Assembly: GCA_016206725.1 (NCBI GenBank) | Contig: JACQRA010000088.1 | Span: forward strand, 1,622 to 65,621 | Direction of reading: 5' to 3' | DNA: 64,000 bases | Origin: Candidatus Omnitrophota bacterium | Lineage (GTDB): Bacteria; Omnitrophota; Gorgyraeia; Aquiviventales; Aquiviventaceae | Shown here: positions 18,768 to 27,027 of the stretch, one piece after another | Numbering within the stretch: the first letter of the stretch is position 1 | Layout of the letters: every line of letters begins with the position of its first letter | Translations under genes and position numbers: made by a program | The notes under the pieces: model-generated | The model's database searches: none | What the model saw: only the letters and a program-made list of their open reading frames with translations | What the model was told of the DNA's origin: nothing

Positions 18768-20497
18768 CGCGCGGTGACCAGTGTTCTCCGGCTGAGGCGG
18801 CGCTTGTGGCTTCGCCGTAAGATCTCCACGAGCGCGTCACAGACCATTGCCACCTCCGACTCGCCCAGTGTGGCGGCCGACGGCAGACAGACGCCATAGG
18901 GTGACAACGCGTACGACACCGGGTTGACGGTTCGCATGTCGCGGCCCCGACAGAACGGCTTGAAGGGCGGCATCGAGCTGAGCGGATAGAAAAACGGTCG
19001 CCCCCCGATGCCGCGCTGCTCCAGTGCTCGGACGATCGCTTCCTTCCGCAAACCGTAGGCGCGGCTGACCATCACCGCCGTGATCCAGAAGGTGCTGCGG
19101 CTTCCCGGCGTCTCCTGGTTCAAGCTGAGCCCCTCGACACCGTGCAGCCGTTGCGCGTACCAATGGAAGATTCTGCGACGCTGTTCCACCAACTCTTCCA
19201 AGCGATCCAATTGGGCCAGCCCCAACGCGGCCTGGACGTTCGTGTATTGGTACTTGTAGCCCAGCTCATGCGACCAGTAATAGCGCGCGCCAGGCGCTTT
19301 GTTGATCCCGTGATGCGCCAGCCGCTTGGCCCGTTCGTAGAGCCGCTTGTCGTCTGTCACCAGCATGCCCCCTTCGCCGGTCACCAACAGCTTGGTCCCG
19401 TTGAAGCTGTAGACGCCGACCGCCCCGAACGCCCCGGCCGGTTTGCCGAGGTAGAGTGCCCCAAGCGACTCGGCCGCGTCCTCGATCATCGGGATGCGAT
19501 GCCGGGCCGCGATGGCCGTGAGGGCGTTCACGTCCGGCATGTTGCCCAGCAGCCCCACCACGATGATCGCTTTGGTCCGTTTCGTGATCGAGGCCTCAAG
19601 CGCCTCAGGGCTCAGGCACCAACTGTGCCGATCAATATCCACGAGCACCGGCCGCGCCCCCACATAGCAGACCGGAGCCGCCTAGGCGACCCACGTCAAA
19701 TCCGGCGCACTCACCTCATCGCCCGGCCCGATTCCCAAGCTCATCAGCGCCACATGGATCGCGCCTGTGCAACTGCTCAGCGCAAGCGCATAGCGCCTGC
19801 CGGCATGAGCCGCCATCCGTCGTTCAAACTCATCAATCTCTCGGCGCATGTTCGTGTACCAGCCGTCCTGAACCGCCTGACTGACCCGCCGCACCTCCCA
19901 CTCGGTCATCGAGGGTCCAGCCGAAGGGATGAAGGCGCGTCGCGCCGACTCCAGTGCCGTCTCTCGCGGTTTCACTTTCGCAACCCGAATCGAATCCATA
20001 TGCGCCCCACCGATGAAGAAATGGTCCTTGTAGACCCCTTCGATCTGGAACCCCGCTTTGGCGAAGAGCCTCGCCGAGGCCGCGTTCTCGGCGTAATAGT
20101 CCGCATGAAGGCGGTGCAGTCCCCACGCGTTGAACGCATGATCCACCACGGCCTCAAGCGCCTCGGTCGCGCAGCCGTGGGACCATTGCGACTTGTCAAA
20201 GATCATCAAACTGAGTTCCGCGCGCCGATCAACCGGATGGATATTGAACAATCGGATGCCGCCGATATGCCGCCCGGAATCCTTGAGGAAGATCCCCAAC
20301 AACACGGATGCCCCCGGCTCGTTCGAACGTGTGATGTACGCCGCCGCGCTGGCCTCATCCCATCGTTGATGGCGCGCCTCGGTCCATCGCACCACCTCGG
20401 GATCGTTGAGCGCCTCGAGGTAGGCGGGTGTGATGTCCTCCGCGGTCAGCGGCCGAAGGGTCTGGTGTTCGGTGACGATCGGCTCCATCTGGCTCAT
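18761..20497 (-). pseudogene. GNAT N-acetyltransferase fused to DegT/DnrJ/EryC1 sugar aminotransferase, interrupted by in-frame TAG at 19682-19684
   Basis: ORFs 19682..20686 and 18761..19663 are in the same frame. They are separated by one TAG plus 6 codons (...PDLTWVA*AAPVCYVGARPVLVDID) inside the conserved DegT FVAT-ANA region. The N-terminus is a RimL-like GNAT. The likely start is Met64, forming ATGA with the upstream stop. Confidence 0.65.
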
Positions 20498-21567
20498 GTG
20501 AGGGTGGCCACCGGTGAGCCCGCCTTCAAGAGCGACTCCAGGTATTGCACCCGGTAGAACCTGATGTCCTGAAGCTGCGTCTGCGTCAACCCCAGCGCGC
20601 GTAATTCCCCGATCAGACGCTCGATCCCTCGCGCCACCGGCCACGCGCACGCAAACCCGGGGAGCGCTTCCTTCACGCGCTCGCACGCGACCCGGTAGGT
20701 CCTCCGATCAACGCCGTCCTGGATCTTCCGATCCCGGACGAGCTCCAGGCCGTCATCCGACCTCTGACGGCCCTGCGGGAGAAACTCCAGCTCGCACCCT
20801 GGAACCTGGCGCTGGATCATCTCGGCCACCTCGAGGATCCGATGACTCTGCCCCGTGTCGCCGATGTTCAGCCGCAGGGGCCCGCGCGGAGGGAGCGGCA
20901 TGTTGAGGCATCGTCGAATCGCCTCGCACGCATCCTCGATATGGACGAGCGGCCGCCAGGCCTTCCCGTCCGAGTTCAAGATGATCTTCTGGTTGGTCAA
21001 TGCCATCCCGACACACATGTTCACGACGAGGTCAAAGCGCATCCGAGGCGACAGGCCGAACACCGTGGCGAATCGCAAGATGATCGGCGCAAATGTCCCA
21101 TCGCTCATCGCGGTGAGATCCTGCTCAATCTGGAGCTTGTTCAGCGAATAGGGCGTCTGCGGGAACGTCGGCGACTCCTCCGTCACCAGCGCCTCGCCCC
21201 CGATCCCATACACCGAACAGCTCGAAGCAAAAATGAACCGGATCCCCATCGCCCTGCAGAGCGTCGCCAACCGGGCCGTGTACGCCCGCGTCGGATCGTA
21301 GACCGCCTCAGCGCTCAAGGAGCCGAACGGGTCATTGGAGATCCCCGCCAAATGGACCAGCGTCTCGGCGCCCGCGAGATCCTGTTCGGTGAGCTCGCGC
21401 ACGTCCTTAAAGATCGTCGCCTCCTGGGACGGATACAGCGTGCAGTCGCGAAAGAACCCAGCGTCGTATTCGCGCACGCGAATGCCCCGCTCCTTAAGGT
21501 ACGGCACAAGCCGGCTACCGATGTACGATTGGGACCCCGTGATCACGACCGTCTTCGACATCACCAT
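20494..21567 (-). CDS. NAD-dependent epimerase/dehydratase (SDR fold)
   Basis: MVMSKTVVITGSQSYIGS Rossmann motif and YSLNK catalytic motif. The upstream in-frame extension to 21639 is P/R-rich and has poor GC3, so it was judged non-coding. Confidence 0.7.
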   Translation of the reverse strand: MVMSKTVVITGSQSYIGSRLVPYLKERGIRVREYDAGFFRDCTLYPSQEATIFKDVRELTEQDLAGAETLVHLAGISNDPFGSLSAEAVYDPTRAYTARLATLCRAMGIRFIFASSCSVYGIGGEALVTEESPTFPQTPYSLNKLQIEQDLTAMSDGTFAPIILRFATVFGLSPRMRFDLVVNMCVGMALTNQKIILNSDGKAWRPLVHIEDACEAIRRCLNMPLPPRGPLRLNIGDTGQSHRILEVAEMIQRQVPGCELEFLPQGRQRSDDGLELVRDRKIQDGVDRRTYRVACERVKEALPGFACAWPVARGIERLIGELRALGLTQTQLQDIRFYRVQYLESLLKAGSPVATLT

Positions 21568-21698
21568 TGACGCAGGAGTTTTTTGAATTCGATCTCGCGG
21601 CCGGTGGATTGGGGGCACATGGGGCATTTGAGATTGCAACCGCCGGCCATCTCCAGGTTAATCTGTTTAATCTCGCCGATCGCGTAGGGCGATCCCAT
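21561..21698 (-). CDS. 45-aa ORF with radical-SAM-like CxxxCxxC motif (MGSPYAIGEIKQINLEMAGGCNLKCPMCPQSTGREIEFKKLLRQW)
   Basis: Perfect GAGGAGG sits 7 nt upstream of the ATG, embedded in the end of the rpe-like gene. GC3 is about 70%. The stop overlaps the next gene's start (ATGGTGA). Too short for the ORF table. Confidence 0.45.
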   Translation of the reverse strand: MGSPYAIGEIKQINLEMAGGCNLKCPMCPQSTGREIEFKKLLRQW

Positions 21699-21702
21699 AC
21701 GG

Positions 21703-22383
21703 TTACCTCCTCACGGGCTGTTGAACGTCACAGGGTTCGCGTAACGCGGCAATCGCCTGCCCAAACGCCTCGCAGGAAAAAATCGGATAGCCCGCCACCA
21801 GCGCCGTCGCGCCGGACTCCACGAGTTGCGGCCGCGTTTGCAGGGAAACGGCTCCGTCCACTTGAATCACCACGTCGCGCCCCTGTTGTTGGATCGCCTC
21901 AGCCAATTCCTTTAGGTTCCGGACGCCGCCGGCTTCCAAGGCGCCAGGACGGCCTGGTGCTACGGTCATCACGTTCACGACATCGCAGGCGGCCAGATGC
22001 GGCATGACGGCGCGAGCCGGGGTGGCCGGCGCGATGGCCAGGCCGGCCTGCCGCCTCTGCGCTCGAATCCGCTCCAACGTCACGGTCGGCTCCGCGCTGG
22101 TTTCAATGTGGATCAGCACGCCATCCGCGCCAGCGTCCACATACTGCGCCCAGCACGCCTCCGGCTCCTGGACGAGCAGGTGCACCTCGAAGGGCAGCCG
22201 CGTAGAACGGCGCAAGCCGCGAATGAACGACGGGCCCATGCACAACTCCGGGACAAACCGCCCGTCCATGACATCAAAATGCAGTGCGTCAATTCCTCCG
22301 GCTTCCAGCCGATGAATCTGATCCGCTAAATGACCCATGTCGGCGGAGCGCATGGCGGCTTTGATCAACAGGCGTGCCATCAC
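21703..22383 (-). CDS. rpe: ribulose-phosphate 3-epimerase family protein
   Basis: HFDVMDGRFVP signature in a 226-aa TIM barrel. Confidence 0.75.
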   Translation of the reverse strand: MMARLLIKAAMRSADMGHLADQIHRLEAGGIDALHFDVMDGRFVPELCMGPSFIRGLRRSTRLPFEVHLLVQEPEACWAQYVDAGADGVLIHIETSAEPTVTLERIRAQRRQAGLAIAPATPARAVMPHLAACDVVNVMTVAPGRPGALEAGGVRNLKELAEAIQQQGRDVVIQVDGAVSLQTRPQLVESGATALVAGYPIFSCEAFGQAIAALREPCDVQQPVRR

Positions 22384-23309
22384 GCGGCCTCTGCTCGGAC
22401 GAGACTCATCTCACGCTCCATCTCCGTGAGGCTTTCGTCCAGCGAGAGTAACCTCGTCCGGCGCAACACACCCTGAACCTTCGCTAGATGAAAGCCGGAT
22501 TGCAAAGGCCGAGGCCCGCGCTGTTCCAGCTCAGCCGTTGAAACGCCGTGGATGAGTGTTCGGTTCAATCCAAAACGCTCCGCGGTCTTCAGCGCCCACT
22601 CATACTTGGAACAGCGCGTCGTGCCGGCGACATGAAATAGACCCTGCTGTCCCAGCTCGACCAACTCCACCAGGGCTTCGGCGAACGTCGGCGCATACGT
22701 GACGTTTCCCACCTGATCATTCGGAACTCGCATCAGACGACCGGCGCGATCGTTGTCCAAGAGCTGCATGATGAAATTCTTGGCCGACACATGCGGCGCC
22801 CAACTGAAGACAAAGGACGTCCGCAGCACCAGCGCCTCCGGCAGGCGTTCCATCACGTAGCACTCCGCCATCAGCTTGGCGCGCCCCAACTGAGAGAGCG
22901 GATGGGGCGGATCGGTTTCGGCGTACGGCCCGGCCTGCCCATCGAAGACGTAATCGGTTGAGATCTGGATGAAGCGCGCGTTCACGGCCACCACGGCGTC
23001 AACGAGATGGCGCACTGTGTCATAGTGCGCGCGGATCGCAAGAGTTGGATCCGCTTCACACGCATCCGTGCCGCCTTGCGCGTTCAGGCTGTTCACGATC
23101 AGCCATGGGCGCCATTGCTCAATAAGCCGGCGCACCGGCTTGTCGTCCGTGGCGTCAAGCGCGACCGCTCCCGGCTGGGGATTCCGGTAGAAGGTCGGTA
23201 CGCAGGCCCAGCCTCGGTTCCGACACGCCTCCGCGAGACGCCAGCCGATTTGTCCGGAGCCGCCCACGATCAGGACCGGCTGCTCCTCGACCCTGCGCTT
23301 AGCCACCAT
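22380..23309 (-). CDS. RmlD-family nucleotide-sugar 4-reductase (dTDP-4-dehydrorhamnose reductase-like)
   Basis: From the internal Met: VLIVGGSGQIG, plus RmlD-like STDYVFDG. Confidence 0.65.
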   Translation of the reverse strand: MVAKRRVEEQPVLIVGGSGQIGWRLAEACRNRGWACVPTFYRNPQPGAVALDATDDKPVRRLIEQWRPWLIVNSLNAQGGTDACEADPTLAIRAHYDTVRHLVDAVVAVNARFIQISTDYVFDGQAGPYAETDPPHPLSQLGRAKLMAECYVMERLPEALVLRTSFVFSWAPHVSAKNFIMQLLDNDRAGRLMRVPNDQVGNVTYAPTFAEALVELVELGQQGLFHVAGTTRCSKYEWALKTAERFGLNRTLIHGVSTAELEQRGPRPLQSGFHLAKVQGVLRRTRLLSLDESLTEMEREMSLVRAEAA

Positions 23310-24300
23310 GATCCCTCGCCAACAACACGCACGAACCGTTGGCTTCGTAACCAACCCGCACTTCTTGCATGTCATGCAGCGCCAGGCGGATCGCGTCCTG
23401 GCGATCCTGAGGGCTCACCAGGAGCAGGAATCCGCCTCCGCCGGCCCCGCAGATTTTCCCGCCGACCGCGCCGGCCTCTTTCGCCCGCTCATACCACGCA
23501 TCAATGCGGTCATTCGAGATGCGGCTGGCCAGTTGGCGCTTGCGCTGCCAGGTCGTATCAAGGAGGCGCCCGAACGCCAGCGGATCGAATCCGTTGTGCA
23601 ACAACCCTTGGAGGAAACGGGCGTCTTCCCGCATGGTTTGCAGCACAGGAAATTTCTCAGGAATGTTGTCCTGTTGCTCTTTCAAGACGGAGGCCGCGTC
23701 GCGGCTCATCGCCGTCCAAAACATGACGAGATGATCGAACAATCGCTGCACTGCACCCTCCGGTAGATGCTGCGGCTCCACCGTCACCCGCCCGTCTGGC
23801 TGGAAACAGAAGAAATTGAGACCCCCAAAGGCGGCCGCATAGTGGTCTTGCTTGCCGATGGGACGCTTCAACACGTCCATCTCGATGTGCGACGCTTCTT
23901 CGGCCAATTGGACCGCCGAGGCGCGCTCTCCGCGAAAGACATGGAGGGCGTTCAGGAGGCCGACCGAAAAACTGCTAGAGGAACCCAATCCGGAAAACTC
24001 CGGAATGTCCGCCACGGTATTGATGTAGAGCGGGGGCTCCACGGGCACCAACCGAAGACACTCGCGCGCAATGTGGTTCTTGATCGCCTCCATCTGCTGG
24101 ACATGCTCGGTTTCCGAATAGTTCAACCGAAAGGCCTCATTGAACAGGCGACCGTGCCGTTTCACCGTCACATAGAGGTACTTGTCAATGGTCGTGCTCA
24201 ACACCGCGCCGTGTTCCCGTTCGTAGAAGGCCGGCAGATCCGTCCCCCCACCGGCGAAACTGATGCGCAATGGCGTGCGAGTGACCACCAACTCAACCAT
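23299..24300 (-). CDS. hddA: GHMP kinase, D-glycero-alpha-D-manno-heptose 7-phosphate kinase-like (HddA)
   Basis: RISFAGGGTD, GLGSSSS and GAGGGGF motifs. The likely start is the MVELVV Met. Confidence 0.7.
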   Translation of the reverse strand: MVELVVTRTPLRISFAGGGTDLPAFYEREHGAVLSTTIDKYLYVTVKRHGRLFNEAFRLNYSETEHVQQMEAIKNHIARECLRLVPVEPPLYINTVADIPEFSGLGSSSSFSVGLLNALHVFRGERASAVQLAEEASHIEMDVLKRPIGKQDHYAAAFGGLNFFCFQPDGRVTVEPQHLPEGAVQRLFDHLVMFWTAMSRDAASVLKEQQDNIPEKFPVLQTMREDARFLQGLLHNGFDPLAFGRLLDTTWQRKRQLASRISNDRIDAWYERAKEAGAVGGKICGAGGGGFLLLVSPQDRQDAIRLALHDMQEVRVGYEANGSCVLLARDHGG

Positions 24301-24742
24301 GCTTGAGCCCCCAGTCGTAGGGGATCTCGTTCGTGAACGGATCAAGATGGATGATCTCCTCAGGATCGTGCGGCTCAGTCGCGCAGTTGGCGAGAATCAC
24401 CAGCTTGTCCCCGTAGGCCTTGTAGCCGTTCGTGATGCCGGGAGGAATCTGCACGAGGCAGTAGTGGTCTTCGCCCAAGAAGATCTCCTGGATCTGGCCT
24501 TTCGTCGAAGAATGCTCACGTCCGTCATAGAGGACGAGTTTGGCCCGGCCGGAAATCACCGCATTGTTGAGCGTCATCGTCTTGTGCACGTGCCACGCCT
24601 TGATCGTGCCGGGCCACGCGCACGAAAAGTACATCTCCCCGAAGCGGATGAAATGCGGATCGGTCGCTTTGAGCATCAGCATGACCTTGCCCCGCTCATC
24701 GACAACCTGCTTGAGTGGAATGATCTTCACCCCCTCGATCAT
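24293..24742 (-). CDS. RmlC-like cupin (dTDP-4-dehydrorhamnose 3,5-epimerase family)
   Basis: 149 aa. The cupin core carries the conserved His (WHVHKTM). Confidence 0.65.
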   Translation of the reverse strand: MIEGVKIIPLKQVVDERGKVMLMLKATDPHFIRFGEMYFSCAWPGTIKAWHVHKTMTLNNAVISGRAKLVLYDGREHSSTKGQIQEIFLGEDHYCLVQIPPGITNGYKAYGDKLVILANCATEPHDPEEIIHLDPFTNEIPYDWGLKHG

Positions 24743-25959
24743 CCCCCCACCTCCGCGGGAACGCGGCTCAGTTCGGGTTTCCGGTAGAGACGCGCTTCGA
24801 GCGTCTCATCCCAGTGCTGCTCACGTGTCATCAACTCAAATGCTGAATGGGTCGTCAACACGGCATGGATATAGTCGTTATCAACAAATCCGTTGTCCCC
24901 TGTCCAATAGCCTTTCACTCGCTGGCGATAATTTTCATGCAGAAAATACGTTCGAGTGATCCGATCAATGTGACGCAGATACTCATTAACCGAACCGGAA
25001 GGCATCTCTCCAAGACTCGCGGAATTCAAGCACAGGTCGACACTCTGCTCAGGCCAACGAGGCAACAGGTAGTGCGGCAGTAGAATCACGTCATACGCAT
25101 GCAGCAGCGCATCATAATCCAACGCATCAAGACATCCCTCCTCAAGAAAGAAGCAGGATTTCCCAGGCAAACTGTTCAGGAGAAAATACTTGGCCATGAG
25201 CAGGCTCTCTGGAAGATCGAAACCCACGTACGTCGTGTTGGCCTCGTCGCGCAACAGATAGTACGCATACAGCCCGAACCCTCCGCCAATTTCTGCGACG
25301 ACACGGCGTTGGCGATGTGCGAGGAGTTGGGCTGTTGTGACGCTGTAATAATGCACGCGGGGCGCCACGGAGAGAATCACCTGCCCGTCGTGCAGATACC
25401 CGAATGGATTGCCAATGGACGGAATGCCTAATCGGTCGTACTGCCGTTCGCCGGTCAGTGACGACCACACCTCAAGATGCTGAAGCACTCGATTGATATA
25501 CGACATTTTCAGGAGCCGGTTCCCGTCTTGCAATCCCAGCCGGCCATGCGTGGAGTTAAAATCGCCAATCCCGAAGTACGTCGCGCCTCCGTTGCGAAAA
25601 AACGAGTTGAACAACTGCTGCAACCCTTGCGCATCCCTTCGTTCAATGGCACTGAGATACGGCTCCCAATACCGATGGATGACTTCCTTGAGTTCGGCGC
25701 AGATCGCGTAGGCATCACCAGCGTCGCGTGGCTGAAGTGATGTTTCCACGAGATACGACTCGACAAGTCGTGCCAGAAGATCCGGCTGAGGAGCTGGCTG
25801 CGGCTGACGAGATTCGCACCCCTGTTTCAGCGCATCGAGTTTTGCCGTATTGGTGGTGTAATGCCGATAAAACGCAACCCATTGAGCGGCTCGTGCGCGA
25901 GCGAGCGCAAGGTTCCGTGTGGCGCGGTCAAGCCACGCTGTGATGCCTTGCGTGCTCAT
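24739..25959 (-). CDS. putative SAM-dependent sugar O-methyltransferase
   Basis: AEIGGGFGLYAYYLL is a Rossmann MTase motif in a 406-aa protein. Family assignment is uncertain. Confidence 0.45.
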   Translation of the reverse strand: MSTQGITAWLDRATRNLALARARAAQWVAFYRHYTTNTAKLDALKQGCESRQPQPAPQPDLLARLVESYLVETSLQPRDAGDAYAICAELKEVIHRYWEPYLSAIERRDAQGLQQLFNSFFRNGGATYFGIGDFNSTHGRLGLQDGNRLLKMSYINRVLQHLEVWSSLTGERQYDRLGIPSIGNPFGYLHDGQVILSVAPRVHYYSVTTAQLLAHRQRRVVAEIGGGFGLYAYYLLRDEANTTYVGFDLPESLLMAKYFLLNSLPGKSCFFLEEGCLDALDYDALLHAYDVILLPHYLLPRWPEQSVDLCLNSASLGEMPSGSVNEYLRHIDRITRTYFLHENYRQRVKGYWTGDNGFVDNDYIHAVLTTHSAFELMTREQHWDETLEARLYRKPELSRVPAEVGG

Positions 25960-25977
25960 CTCCCAGCTCTCCTCATC

Positions 25978-27027
25978 TTAGCTGTTGATCGCTGCGATCG
26001 CCTGCCACCGCAGGGAGTCGTCCAACCGCCCGCTCTCCAACAAATGCCGCAGCCATTTCAGCCGCGTAAACCGTTGATCCGTGAAGTCCTCATACGTCAG
26101 CCCCGTCGAGTGAAACGCGTCAGCCAGCCCCCGCGCGCCCTCTTCGACGCTCCACGTGAAGCGAAAATCTGGAAACGTGCGGGTGAACTTGCCGAAATCC
26201 GTCTTGTACGTGCGCTGATCCGCATCCGCGCTGGCCACACATTCAATCCGGCAGCCCGGCACGATCTGTGCCACGGTCTCGGCGAGCTCTCGGACCTGGT
26301 GATTCATGCGCGCCTCGCCGTTATTGAAGGCCTGGTTGTGCACCAGCTCGATGGGAGCCTCCAGGACATGGAGAAACGCCCGCGCAATGTCTTGCACGTG
26401 CGCCACCGGACGCCAGGGCGTGCCGTCACTGTGCAAGACGATCTTCCCTGTGGTGACCGCGGCGGTCACCAGGTTGTTCAGGACCGTGTCAAAGCGCATC
26501 CGCGGCGAGAGGCCGTAGATCGTGCCGTTGCGCAAAAACGTCGGCGAGAACGTGTCATCCGCCAGCCGGGCAATGGCCTGCTCGCTTTGCACTTTGGAGC
26601 GTGCATACGCCGTCTTCGGATCCAAGGGCGAGTCCTCATTGACCGTGACCGCCTCGGAGACGCCGTACATGATGCAGGAGGAGGAAAAAAGAAACCGCCT
26701 CACCCCCGCCTCCTTCGCCAATTCGGCGAGACGCACTGAGGCCTGACAATTGATCGCCTCGGTCCATTGCGGATTCAGATTACCGATTGGATCATTGCTC
26801 AACGCGGCCAGATGGATCACCGTCTCAGCCCCTTCCAGGTCTTGAATCGCCGCGTCTCGGAGATCTTTCTGGATCCAGGGAACCTGCACGGCATCAGGGA
26901 TGAGCGTGCACTCCGAAAAATATCCGGTATCCAGGCCGACGACGTTGTAGCCGGCTTCCACAAGGAGAGGGGTCATGACAGAACCGAGATACCCGTTGTG
27001 ACCGGTGACGACCACGCGCCTAGACAT
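25978..27027 (-). CDS. NAD-dependent epimerase/dehydratase
   Basis: Internal start MSRRVVVTGHNGYLGS. The C-terminal tail resembles that of 20494..21567, so the two may be paralogs. Confidence 0.7.
   Translation of the reverse strand: MSRRVVVTGHNGYLGSVMTPLLVEAGYNVVGLDTGYFSECTLIPDAVQVPWIQKDLRDAAIQDLEGAETVIHLAALSNDPIGNLNPQWTEAINCQASVRLAELAKEAGVRRFLFSSSCIMYGVSEAVTVNEDSPLDPKTAYARSKVQSEQAIARLADDTFSPTFLRNGTIYGLSPRMRFDTVLNNLVTAAVTTGKIVLHSDGTPWRPVAHVQDIARAFLHVLEAPIELVHNQAFNNGEARMNHQVRELAETVAQIVPGCRIECVASADADQRTYKTDFGKFTRTFPDFRFTWSVEEGARGLADAFHSTGLTYEDFTDQRFTRLKWLRHLLESGRLDDSLRWQAIAAINS

Noticed and set aside
19682-19684. TAG read as a reassigned sense codon (alternative genetic code)
   Set aside because: At least one clear gene (the GT2-ABC fusion, stop at 28934-28936) terminates with TAG. 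All other ORFs translate to full-length homologs under the standard code.
21561-21698. The 45-aa Cys-motif ORF read as a RiPP/SCIFF-type precursor peptide
   Set aside because: It has only three Cys and no leader/core organisation. The adjacent genes are sugar epimerases rather than a dedicated maturase. The motif matches the enzyme-side Fe-S loop of radical SAM proteins, not a substrate peptide.
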